From assembly GCA_035553895.1 (NCBI GenBank), contig DATMJI010000211.1:1-44938 (forward strand): a stretch of DNA of 44,938 bases, in the 5' to 3' direction. The position numbers and the translations under genes were made by a program. This document shows, piece after piece, positions 17,271 through 25,545 of the stretch. This DNA comes from Acidimicrobiales bacterium (lineage in GTDB: Bacteria; Actinomycetota; Acidimicrobiia; Acidimicrobiales; CADCSY01). The notes below the pieces were generated by a model. It saw only the letters and a list, made by a program, of their open reading frames with translations, was not told where the DNA came from and searched no databases. Within the stretch, counting starts at the first letter, position 1. The number at the start of each line of letters is the position of its first letter.

Positions 17271-18125
17271 GTGGCGGGAGTGGTGGACGAGCAGGCCGAC
17301 GCGCCGCCGGAGGACCTGCTCTTCCGGCGCCGGGTGCAGCCGCTGGCCGTGCTCAAGGAGCTGTGGCAGGCCCGGGAGCTGGCCCGCACGCTGGCCGAAC
17401 GGGAGCTGCGGGCCCGCTACAAGCAGACCTTCCTCGGCTTCGCCTGGGCGGTGATCACCCCGGTCATGTTGATGATCGTCTTCACCCTCTTCTTCGACAA
17501 GGTGGCCAACATCGATACGGGCGGCGCTCCTTACCCGCTCTTCTCCTACGTCGGCCTGCTGCCGTGGACCTTCTTCTCCTCGTCGGTGTCGTCGGCCTCC
17601 CAGAGCCTGGTCAGCAACATGTCCCTGCTCAACAAGGTGTACTGCCCCCGCGAGGTGTTCCCGATGGGAAGCATCCTGGTGGCCGGGCTCGACACCGTCA
17701 TCGCCACGGGTGTCCTCGGCCTGCTCTTCGCCGTCACCCAGTACGCCCCCCGGATCACCAGCGTCTACGTCCCCATCCTGCTCGCCGTCCAGCTGTGCTT
17801 CACCCTCGGTGTCGCCCTGCTGGCGGCCATCGCCACCGTCTACATCCGCGACCTCCGCCAGAGCCTGCCGATGTTCCTCCAGCTCGGCCTGTTCGCCACC
17901 CCGGTGGCCTTCGGCCTGGAGGAGATCCCCGCCAGCCTGCGTCCCCTGTACGCCGTGCTCAACCCCCTCGGCCCGGTGATCGACGGCTACCGCGACACCG
18001 TCCTGCTCGGCCAGGCCCCCGACTGGGGACTCCTGGGCCTGGGAGCAGCGTCGTCGCTGGTGCTGCTGCTCGGGGGCTACACCCTCTTCAAGCGCCTGGA
18101 GACGGGCATCGCCGATGTTGCCTGA
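17271..18125 (+). CDS. wzm: ABC-2 type polysaccharide export permease
   Basis: Blocks: ELARTLAERELRARYKQTFLGFAWAVITPVMLM and LLNKVYCPREVFP, with six hydrophobic segments. GTG 17271, 17280 or 17283 are all possible starts. Confidence 0.85.
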   Translation: MAGVVDEQADAPPEDLLFRRRVQPLAVLKELWQARELARTLAERELRARYKQTFLGFAWAVITPVMLMIVFTLFFDKVANIDTGGAPYPLFSYVGLLPWTFFSSSVSSASQSLVSNMSLLNKVYCPREVFPMGSILVAGLDTVIATGVLGLLFAVTQYAPRITSVYVPILLAVQLCFTLGVALLAAIATVYIRDLRQSLPMFLQLGLFATPVAFGLEEIPASLRPLYAVLNPLGPVIDGYRDTVLLGQAPDWGLLGLGAASSLVLLLGGYTLFKRLETGIADVA

Positions 18126-19290
18126 GGGCTCGATCGCCGCCAGCCACCTCTGGAAGCGCTTCCGGGCCGACAAGCGCCACCGGGTGCTGCGCGAGCAGGT
18201 GGCCAAGGTGAGCGACCGGCTGCGGGGCCGGCGGCGGGGCTGGCGCTGGGCCCTGCGCGACGTCGACCTGCACGTCGAGCCGGGGGAGGCCGTGGGCCTC
18301 ATGGGGCCCAACGGCTCGGGCAAGTCGACCCTGCTGAAGATCCTGACCCGGGTGATGTACCCCTACGCCGGGCGCCTGGAGGTCAGCGGGCGGGTGGGCG
18401 CCCTCATCGAGGTCCGGGCCGGCATCCACCCCCAGCTCACGGGCCGGGAGAACGCCTTTCTCTACGGCAGCCTGCTCGGGCTCAACCGCCGCCAGGTGCA
18501 GCAGCGCTTCGACGAGATCGTGGCCTTCGCCCAGCTGGAGGATGCCATCGACCGCCAGACCAAGTTCTACTCCAGCGGGATGCAGATGCGCCTGGGGTTC
18601 TCCGTGGCCGCCTTCCTCGAGCCCGACATCCTCCTGGTGGACGAGATCCTGGCCGTGGGGGACTCGTCGTTCCAGCAGCGCTGCCTGGAACGGATGAGCG
18701 CAGCATTGGCCGAGGGGGTGAGCCTGGTCTTCGTCTCCCACGACCTGGCCGCCATCGAGGCCGTCACCACGCGCGGCGTCCTCCTCGACCAGGGCCGCGT
18801 CCGGATGGACGGGCCGGTGCGCGACGTGTTGAACCACTACCGGCAGTCGGTCGAGGAGGTGGCCGAGCTGCAGACCGTCGAGAGCGTGGTGAAGCTGGTC
18901 GATGCCCTGGTTGCGGGCAGCGACGGCAGGACGGTCCGGACCCAGGAGGAGGCCCTGATCTCCCTGACCCTGGACAGCCCGGGCCAGCATGCCGGGTCGA
19001 TCTGCCTCGGCCTCAGCGAGGGGACGGCGACGCCCATCGTCCTGCTGCGCTTCGACGCCAACCTCCCACCGGGCCCCACCGAGGTGCGTTGCCGGCTACC
19101 CCGCCTCCCTCTGCCCCGCGGCCGCTACTACCTCTGGGTGGCGTTCGTGCGCCGCCGGGCCGAGCTCCTGCCCTGGCACCCGGCCGCCCACTTCGACGTC
19201 ATCGGCCCCGACCTCGACAGCGCACCACTCGGGATCATGCGGCTGTCGCCCGTCCACGTGGACGCCCACTGGGAGCTGGGGCGGTCGTGA
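18115..19290 (+). CDS. wzt: ABC polysaccharide export ATPase with a C-terminal extra domain of about 150 aa
   Basis: Walker A GPNGSGKST, signature YSSGMQMRLGF, Walker B ILLVDEILAVGD. The C-terminal part (...RGRYYLWVAFV...HVDAHWEL) lies beyond the NBD. Overlaps wzm by 11 nt. Confidence 0.9.
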   Translation: MLPEGSIAASHLWKRFRADKRHRVLREQVAKVSDRLRGRRRGWRWALRDVDLHVEPGEAVGLMGPNGSGKSTLLKILTRVMYPYAGRLEVSGRVGALIEVRAGIHPQLTGRENAFLYGSLLGLNRRQVQQRFDEIVAFAQLEDAIDRQTKFYSSGMQMRLGFSVAAFLEPDILLVDEILAVGDSSFQQRCLERMSAALAEGVSLVFVSHDLAAIEAVTTRGVLLDQGRVRMDGPVRDVLNHYRQSVEEVAELQTVESVVKLVDALVAGSDGRTVRTQEEALISLTLDSPGQHAGSICLGLSEGTATPIVLLRFDANLPPGPTEVRCRLPRLPLPRGRYYLWVAFVRRRAELLPWHPAAHFDVIGPDLDSAPLGIMRLSPVHVDAHWELGRS

Positions 19291-19301
19291 TGGACACCCG
19301 C

Positions 19302-19784
19302 TCAGCGGGCCAAATCCACGCACGCCAACTCGTGGCGCCCCGAGTAGCCGGAGTCGGCGGCATGGCGGGTGGGCGTCGGACCATCGTGGACGACGACGAC
19401 TGAACCGCGGCCCGCCCGGCGGAGTAGGTGCGGGGAGAGGAACTCGTGCAGGCGCACCCCGTAGGTGGGGTCGTCGACGGCCTGGGCGGCGTAGAGGGCG
19501 TAGGCCCGCCGGGCACCGCAGGCGGTGTCGTAGACCTCGATCCCCCACTCGGACGCCGAGGCGGTGCTGCCGTCGAAGGTGTCGACCCGGAAGTCGATGC
19601 GTACCTGGGTCCGGCCGTCCGTCCAGTCGATGATGGTCCCGATGGCGAAGTAGTTGAAGTCCTGGGCCGAAAACGACTGTTCGCGAACCTTGTGGTAGCC
19701 GTCCCTGCCGTCGTTGGCTACCACGGGCTGGTCCAGTACGACCAGCAAGACCAGGAGCGGGAGGACGGGCCAGGCACGTTTCAT
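19302..19784 (-). CDS. Small secreted protein of unknown function (paralogue of 5592..6077)
   Basis: In-frame ATG at 19784 gives MKRAWPVLPLLVLLVVLDQPVVANDG (signal peptide). Shares VANDG, SASEW, VVHDGP and GRHELACVDL with the other copy. Confidence 0.65.
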   Translation of the reverse strand: MKRAWPVLPLLVLLVVLDQPVVANDGRDGYHKVREQSFSAQDFNYFAIGTIIDWTDGRTQVRIDFRVDTFDGSTASASEWGIEVYDTACGARRAYALYAAQAVDDPTYGVRLHEFLSPHLLRRAGRGSVVVVHDGPTPTRHAADSGYSGRHELACVDLAR

Positions 19785-19914
19785 GGTCGCCACTTTCGGC
19801 CAAGACACGCCCCGGCGCAACAACCTGGCGCATGAACGATCAGGTCGTGTTCCCCCGAGCCTCCCCTGGTAGCGGCGGCTCCACCCCGACATGCCCGCTC
19901 GCTAGCATGCGGGC

Positions 19915-20790
19915 GTGATGGCGGCTCGGGCCCGGCGGGTCACGGCGCCGCTGCGGGCTACATCGCGCCATTTGGTGAAGAACCGCCACCTGCCGGCCGC
20001 TTTCGTGTCGTCGTGGCGACTGGGCCGCAGCCACCAGGGTGTCTTCGCCGGTGTGCAGACCTACTGCATGTTCGTGGGCTACCCGCGTTCGGGCCACAGC
20101 CTGGTCGGCTCGCTCCTCGACGCCCACCCCGACGCCGTCATCGCCCACGAGCTCGACGCCCTGCGCTACGTGCGGGCCGGCTTCAGCCGCGACCAGGTCT
20201 TCGCCCTCATCCTCGACAAAGACCGCGAGTTCTCCCGCCAGGGACGCCAGGCCAAGGTGGACTACACCTACGTCGTACCCGGGCAGTGGCAGGGCCGGTA
20301 CCGCGAGCTGGTGGTCATCGGGGACAAGAAGGGGGGCCACTCCACCGCCGCCCTGGCCGGTCATCCGCCGCTCCTCGACCGGCTGCGATCCCGGGTCGGG
20401 GTGCCCCTGCGGCTCGTCCACGTGACCCGCAACCCCTACGACAACATCGCCACCATCTTCACCCGCAGCCCCAAGGCCGACCTCGGGGCGGCGGTGGAGC
20501 ACTACCTCTCCTTGCGCCGGGGGATGGAGGGGATTCGCCGGCGGCTGGCGCCCGGCGAGTTGCTCGACCTGCGCTACGAGTCGTTGCTGGAGGATCCGGC
20601 CCCCCAGCTGGAACGGCTCTGCGCCTTTGCCGGCCTCGAGGTACCACCCGACTACACCAGCGCCTGCGCCGCCGTGCTGCGGCCACCGCGCCCGACCCGC
20701 CACCAGGCACCGTGGACCTCCGACCTGCGCCGCCGGGTGGACCGGGAGGTCGCCGCCGGCGCCGATCTGTCGGGTTACGCATTCGAGTGA
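19915..20790 (+). CDS. Sulfotransferase-family protein, class C copy 1
   Basis: P-loop-like CMFVGYPRSGHSLVGSLLDAHPDAVIAHE, later LVHVTRNPYDNIATI and YESLLEDP. Start is GTG 19915 or ATG 19918. Confidence 0.65.
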   Translation: MMAARARRVTAPLRATSRHLVKNRHLPAAFVSSWRLGRSHQGVFAGVQTYCMFVGYPRSGHSLVGSLLDAHPDAVIAHELDALRYVRAGFSRDQVFALILDKDREFSRQGRQAKVDYTYVVPGQWQGRYRELVVIGDKKGGHSTAALAGHPPLLDRLRSRVGVPLRLVHVTRNPYDNIATIFTRSPKADLGAAVEHYLSLRRGMEGIRRRLAPGELLDLRYESLLEDPAPQLERLCAFAGLEVPPDYTSACAAVLRPPRPTRHQAPWTSDLRRRVDREVAAGADLSGYAFE

Positions 20791-20910
20791 CGGCGCCACG
20801 GGGAGTGAGCCCATCCCCTAGCTGAGCCGCGCGCCCGTCGCAGGCCGGTAGTGCCGCTACCGTGGCGGGTTCTGCGGCCGGGCGGCGGCCACCAGGCGAA
20901 GGGGCTCGCT

Positions 20911-23900
20911 ATGGCAAATTCAGGTTCGAGGATGAAGCAGGGGCTGCGCCTGGCTGTCGTCCTGGGGCTGCTGGCCACGGCGCTGGCCGTGCTGCCGGCG
21001 GCCGGGCCGGCCCAGGGTGCTCCCCGCCTCGACACCACCTACGGCCGGCTTCCCCTCGCCTTCGAGGCCAACCGGGGCCAGACCGACCCCGAGGTGGCGT
21101 TCCTGTCGCGAGGCAATGGCTTCGGCCTGTTCCTCAGCGCCGACCAGGCGGTGCTCTCCCTGGCCCGGGTGACCCCCGAGGAGACATCGCCGAGCGACCC
21201 CCTGGGGGAGTCCGATGATCTGGTCGAGCGCACGGTCGTGGGGATGGAGCTTGTCGGCGCCGACCCCGGGGCCGAGGGGACCGGGCGGGATCCGCTGCCG
21301 GGGCGGAGCAACTACTTCGTGGGCAACGACCCGGCCCGGTGGCAGACCGGCATCCCGAGCTTCGCCACGGTCTCCTTCGCCGACGTCTACCCGGGCATCG
21401 ACGTCGTCTACTACGGCAACGAGGGGGCCCTCGAGTACGACTTCGTGGTGGCGCCCGGCACCTCCTTTGAGGACATCGCCATCCGGATCCTGGGCGCCGA
21501 CCGCATCACCATCGACGAGTCCGGCGACCTGGTGCTGGACGTACCCGGCGGTGAGGTCCGCCAGCGGCGGCCGGTCGTGTACCAGAAGGTGGACGGCCGC
21601 CGCCAGAGCGTCCCCAGCAGCTTCGTGATCCGCAGCGACGAGACGGTCGGCTTCGATGTCGGCGGCTACGACACCGACCTGCCCCTGGTGATCGATCCCG
21701 TGCTGGCCTACGCCACCTTCCTCGGCGGAAGCGGCGCCGAGCTGGGCAGCGACATCGCCGTCAACGACGCCGGCGCCGCCTACCTCACGGGCATCACCTC
21801 GTCGGCCGACTTCCCCGACAGCTTCGGGAAGCTGTACCAGGGGGGCGACGACGCCTTCGTGGCCAAGCTCAGCCCCGACGGATCCAGGCTGGAGTACGCC
21901 ACCTACCTCGGCGGCGACGACGAGGAGAAGGCCCGAAGCATCGCCATCGACGACGCCGGCAACGCCTACGTGGCCGGCTCCACCGACTCCACCAACGTGG
22001 CCGGCACGCCGTTCCCCACCACCCCGGGCGCCTACAACAGCGTGCCCGGCGGCCAGCAGGACATCTACGTCACCAAGCTGGACGGCACCGGTGCCATGGT
22101 GTGGTCGACCTTCCTCGGGGGCGACTCCAACGACGGCCGGGCCAACGTCACGGTGGACGGGGCGGGAACGCCCTACGTCGCCGGCTACACCAAGGCCAGC
22201 AACTTCAAGACCACCGAGGGAGCCTTCCAGTCCAAGGCCAGCGGCAAAGCCGACATCGTCGTGGTCAAGCTGAAGCCCGACGGCTCGGGAGCGGACTACG
22301 CCACCTACGTGGGTGGCAACCACCACGACACCGGGCGGGGGATCGCCATCGACGGCGCCGGCCACGCCTACGTGTGCGGGTGGTCGTGGTCGGACAACTT
22401 CCCGACCACCGGTGCCGGCGGGGCCCCGGCCTACCAGTCGACCCGCCAGGGCCCCGGAGACATCGTGGTGTTCAAGCTGGCCCCCGACGGCAAGACGATG
22501 GTGTACTCCACCCTGGTCGGCGGCAACCGCTACGACTGGCCCTACCTCGGGTCGTGCATCGACGTCGACGAGCAGGGCAACGCCCACGTCACCGGCTACA
22601 CCGACTCCCCCGACTTCCCCTTGGTCAACCCGGCGCGCCCGGCCTTCGGCGGGGGCAGCGCCGACGCCTTCGCCATCAAGGTGAACCCCACCGGCACCGG
22701 CCTCATCTACTCCACCTACCTGGGCGGCACCGCCCACGACGAAGGCATCGCCGTGGCCGTCGACGGTGCCGGCAACGCCCACTACACGGGCTTCACCGAG
22801 TCCCGCGACTTCACCCCGATCGTCGACCCCGTCCAGGCCAGCTTCGGGGGCAGCCAGGACGCCTTCGTCACCAAGATGGGCCCCGCCGGGGGTGAGCCCA
22901 TCTACTCCACCTACGTGGGCGGTTCCCGCCAGGACCACGGGCGGGGCATCGACACCGACGCCCAGGACAACGCCTACGTGATCGGCCACTCCGAGTCCGA
23001 CGCCAACTTCCCCATCCGGGGCAACCCCGTCCAGCCCTCCTTCGGCGGCTCCAAGGACGTGGTGGTCTTCAAGCTCGACGCCTCGGGTGACCCGCCGCCC
23101 ACGACCACCACGTCGGGCCTGACCACCACCACCTCGACCACCTCGCCGTCCAGCACCTCCACCACCTCGACCTCGACCACCTCGCCGTCCAGCACCTCCA
23201 CTACGTCGACCACCGCCCCCGGGGTGCCCTCGCTCTCGATCTCCGACACGACGGTCACCGAGGGCGACTCGGGGACGTTGCCCGCCACCTTCGACGTCAC
23301 CCTGTCGCCGGCCAGCAGCCAGACGGTGAGGGTGAAGTACCGCACCCAGGGTGTCACGGCCACCGCCAACCAGGACTTCTTCGACACGTCGGGGACGCTC
23401 ACCTTCGCCCCGGGTGAGACGTCAAAGACCATCACCGTGGCCGTAGCCGGGGATGTCACCACCGAGCCCGACGAGACGTTCCAGGTCCAGCTGGGCAAGG
23501 AGTCGGGGGCCATCGTGGCCAAGCGCTTCGGCACCGGGACCATCCTCGACAACGACGGTGGTTCCCCGACCCCGACGACCACCAGCACGACCTCGCCGCC
23601 GCCCACGACGGAGCCCACGACGGCGCCCACGACGGCGCCGTCCACCACCTCGCCGCCCACGACGGCCGCCGGGACGTCGCTGTCGATCGCCGACGCCTCG
23701 GTCATCGAGGGCAACGCCAGGACCACCTTCGCCGGCTTCCAGGTCACCCTGTCGGCGGCCAGCAGCCAGACCGTGACGGTGAAGTACCGCACCCAGGGTG
23801 ACACGGCCACCGCCAACCAGGACTTCTTCGACACGTCGGGGACGCTCACCTTCGCCCCGGGTGAGACGTCCAAGACCATCGCCGTGGCCGTGGCCGGCGA

Positions 23901-24006
23901 CGAGCGGGTGGAGGGGAACGAGACCTTCCTGGTGGAGCTGGGCAAGGAGTCGGGCGCCACCGTGGCCAGGCGGGTCGGCACGGGCACGATCGTCGACGAC
24001 GACTGA
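20911..24006 (+). CDS. Large secreted SBBP beta-propeller-repeat protein with Ser/Thr/Pro linkers and two C-terminal Calx-beta domains
   Basis: Signal peptide MKQGLRLAVVLGLLATALAVLPAAGPAQG, then YGRLPLAFEANRGQTD N-domain. Seven repeats of the form D..GNAYV.G.T.S.DFP. Linker SPSSTSTTST x2. Two modules of the form VKYRTQG.TATANQDFFDTSGTLTFAPGETSKTI.VAVAGD. Start is ATG 20911 or 20932. Confidence 0.85.
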   Translation: MANSGSRMKQGLRLAVVLGLLATALAVLPAAGPAQGAPRLDTTYGRLPLAFEANRGQTDPEVAFLSRGNGFGLFLSADQAVLSLARVTPEETSPSDPLGESDDLVERTVVGMELVGADPGAEGTGRDPLPGRSNYFVGNDPARWQTGIPSFATVSFADVYPGIDVVYYGNEGALEYDFVVAPGTSFEDIAIRILGADRITIDESGDLVLDVPGGEVRQRRPVVYQKVDGRRQSVPSSFVIRSDETVGFDVGGYDTDLPLVIDPVLAYATFLGGSGAELGSDIAVNDAGAAYLTGITSSADFPDSFGKLYQGGDDAFVAKLSPDGSRLEYATYLGGDDEEKARSIAIDDAGNAYVAGSTDSTNVAGTPFPTTPGAYNSVPGGQQDIYVTKLDGTGAMVWSTFLGGDSNDGRANVTVDGAGTPYVAGYTKASNFKTTEGAFQSKASGKADIVVVKLKPDGSGADYATYVGGNHHDTGRGIAIDGAGHAYVCGWSWSDNFPTTGAGGAPAYQSTRQGPGDIVVFKLAPDGKTMVYSTLVGGNRYDWPYLGSCIDVDEQGNAHVTGYTDSPDFPLVNPARPAFGGGSADAFAIKVNPTGTGLIYSTYLGGTAHDEGIAVAVDGAGNAHYTGFTESRDFTPIVDPVQASFGGSQDAFVTKMGPAGGEPIYSTYVGGSRQDHGRGIDTDAQDNAYVIGHSESDANFPIRGNPVQPSFGGSKDVVVFKLDASGDPPPTTTTSGLTTTTSTTSPSSTSTTSTSTTSPSSTSTTSTTAPGVPSLSISDTTVTEGDSGTLPATFDVTLSPASSQTVRVKYRTQGVTATANQDFFDTSGTLTFAPGETSKTITVAVAGDVTTEPDETFQVQLGKESGAIVAKRFGTGTILDNDGGSPTPTTTSTTSPPPTTEPTTAPTTAPSTTSPPTTAAGTSLSIADASVIEGNARTTFAGFQVTLSAASSQTVTVKYRTQGDTATANQDFFDTSGTLTFAPGETSKTIAVAVAGDERVEGNETFLVELGKESGATVARRVGTGTIVDDD
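23218..24003 (+). repeat. Two near-identical Calx-beta-encoding modules (about 23218-23556 and 23668-24003) within the 20911..24006 CDS
   Basis: Long runs are identical at nucleotide level, e.g. gtgaagtaccgcacccagggtg..acggccaccgccaaccaggacttcttcgacacgtcggggacgctcaccttcgccccgggtgagacgtc in both copies. They are separated by a Pro/Thr linker. Confidence 0.8.
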
Positions 24007-24010
24007 GCTG

Positions 24011-24703
24011 GTGACGAACACCCCGGGCCGCCGGGCCATCTGGGAGCAGCGCTGGGACGAAGGAACCGAGTCGGGCTTCGCCTGGCACATGACCGAGGTC
24101 CCCGCCGACCTGCCCGAGCTGCTCGACCATCACCAGCTCTCCGCCGGGGCCGCCCTCGACCTGGGGTGTGGGGGCGGGGTGGCGACCGCCTACCTGGCCG
24201 GCCGCGTCGCCACCGCCGTGGGCCTCGACATCGCCTACGGCGCCGTGGCCGAGGCTCGCCGGCTGGCCCGTGAGACCGCCGCGGCCGCCCACTTCGTGGT
24301 GGCCGACGCCACCGCCCTGCCCTTCCGCCCCGGGGCCTTCGCCCTGGTCTTCGACCGGGGCTGCCTGCAGAACCTCCCCCAGCCGGCGTGGCCCGGCTAC
24401 TTCCCTGCTATCGAGGCGGCCCTCCAGCCCGGAGGCCACCTCCAGCTCTACTGCTCCAAGGCGGCGGGGCCGGCGTCGCCCCCGTGGTCGTGGCGGGGCC
24501 TGCGAGCCCGCCTGGCCTGGCTACGGGGCCGCCGGGGGCCCGGTCCCCAATTCCTCTCCCGCCAGCTCATCGGCCGCCTCGCCCAGGAGCACGTCCAGGT
24601 GTTGACCCTGGAGGACCGGGACTTCCGCACCGCCAAGGGGAACCGGCGAGCCCTCGTCTACGGGCTGTTCGCCACGTCCGGGAAGGCCCGGAGCGCGTCG
24701 TGA
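24011..24703 (+). CDS. Class I SAM-dependent methyltransferase
   Basis: GTG at 24011, 5 nt after the upstream stop. Motif I ALDLGCGGGVATAYL, then VGLDI and FDRGCLQN. Confidence 0.8.
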   Translation: MTNTPGRRAIWEQRWDEGTESGFAWHMTEVPADLPELLDHHQLSAGAALDLGCGGGVATAYLAGRVATAVGLDIAYGAVAEARRLARETAAAAHFVVADATALPFRPGAFALVFDRGCLQNLPQPAWPGYFPAIEAALQPGGHLQLYCSKAAGPASPPWSWRGLRARLAWLRGRRGPGPQFLSRQLIGRLAQEHVQVLTLEDRDFRTAKGNRRALVYGLFATSGKARSAS

Positions 24704-25545
24704 GGTGGCGGTCCGGACTCGGCGGGCTGGTGGCCGCCGCGCTGCTCGTGGGCGCCTGTGCCACTGGTGCCGAGCCGGCGGGCGAGGCGGCGCCCTCCTC
24801 CAGCACACCAACCATGGTCGCCGGCCGGCAGACCCAGGAGGGGGCCCAGGCTCCCGGCGCCATCCTGCTCGCCTCCAGCTTCGAGGGTGCCGTCTGCGGC
24901 CGGTGGCGCAGGCCCAAGGCGGGTTGCGAGTTCGGCGTCGAGGGGGGTGTGGAGGCGGGACCGTTCGGGCCTCGTACCGGGGTCCAGGCGGTCAGGATCG
25001 ACCGCACCAGCCCCAACCACATGGGGGTGATCGCCGACCTCCCCCTGCCGGAGGGCCGGGCCTTCATCGGGGTCGCTCACCGGGTTCCCGCCTTCTCGCC
25101 CGCCGCCATCCCGCCCGACCCTGGCCACCTCCAGCTGGAACAGCTGTCGGTGACCGACGGTGAGCTACCGGGCATGGCCCTCGAGGTCCGCCTCTACCCG
25201 GACCGCCGCCTCGGCCTCGGCCTGTTCCGCGACGACGCCGTGACCATGGCCGAATGGGCCGTCCCCGAGGACGAGTGGTTCTACGTGGTGGTCGAGGTGG
25301 CGAACGGCGCGGCCGCCACCCAGCGCATGTGGGTTTTCGACGAAGCTGACCAGCTCAAGGCCCAGGTCGAGGTCGCCCTCGAGACCCGCCAGTCCTGGGC
25401 CCACGAGGGGCGGACCGCACAAAAAGTCGGGGGGAGCACGGCGTCCCTCGAGCCCCTCTTCACCTACGCCGACGACTGGTACGTGGCCACCGAGCTGCTG
25501 GGCCCACTGCGCATCGGTGAGGACGGGGAACCGATCTCCTCGTGA
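24700..25545 (+). CDS. Lipoprotein of unknown function (possibly a concanavalin/LamG-like beta-sandwich)
   Basis: GTG at 24700 overlaps the upstream stop (GTGA). Lipobox LLVGAC after a basic N-terminus VRWRSGLGGLVAAA. No diagnostic catalytic motif recognised. Confidence 0.6.
   Translation: MRWRSGLGGLVAAALLVGACATGAEPAGEAAPSSSTPTMVAGRQTQEGAQAPGAILLASSFEGAVCGRWRRPKAGCEFGVEGGVEAGPFGPRTGVQAVRIDRTSPNHMGVIADLPLPEGRAFIGVAHRVPAFSPAAIPPDPGHLQLEQLSVTDGELPGMALEVRLYPDRRLGLGLFRDDAVTMAEWAVPEDEWFYVVVEVANGAAATQRMWVFDEADQLKAQVEVALETRQSWAHEGRTAQKVGGSTASLEPLFTYADDWYVATELLGPLRIGEDGEPISS

Noticed and set aside
19893-19914. Short inverted repeat GCCCGC-n10-GCGGGC immediately upstream of the 19915 start
   Set aside because: The stems are only 6 bp in very GC-rich DNA, which is easily expected by chance. 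It could be an operator or a 5' structure, but I cannot support that.
20923-20932. GGTTCGAGG, a T-loop-like string that could hint at a tRNA
   Set aside because: No acceptor, D or anticodon arms can be drawn around it. It lies inside the signal-peptide coding region of the SBBP protein. No other tRNA-like or rRNA-like segment was seen in any spacer.
20920-22989. 689-aa minus-strand ORF opposite the SBBP protein gene, plus other long shadow ORFs (1372-2838, 8642-10264, 13015-14088, 35408-36901, 41984-43564, 43423-44565)
   Set aside because: All are antisense or out of frame to genes with strong family motifs. All translate to Arg/Gly/Pro/Ala-rich low-complexity sequence and lack RBS-supported starts.
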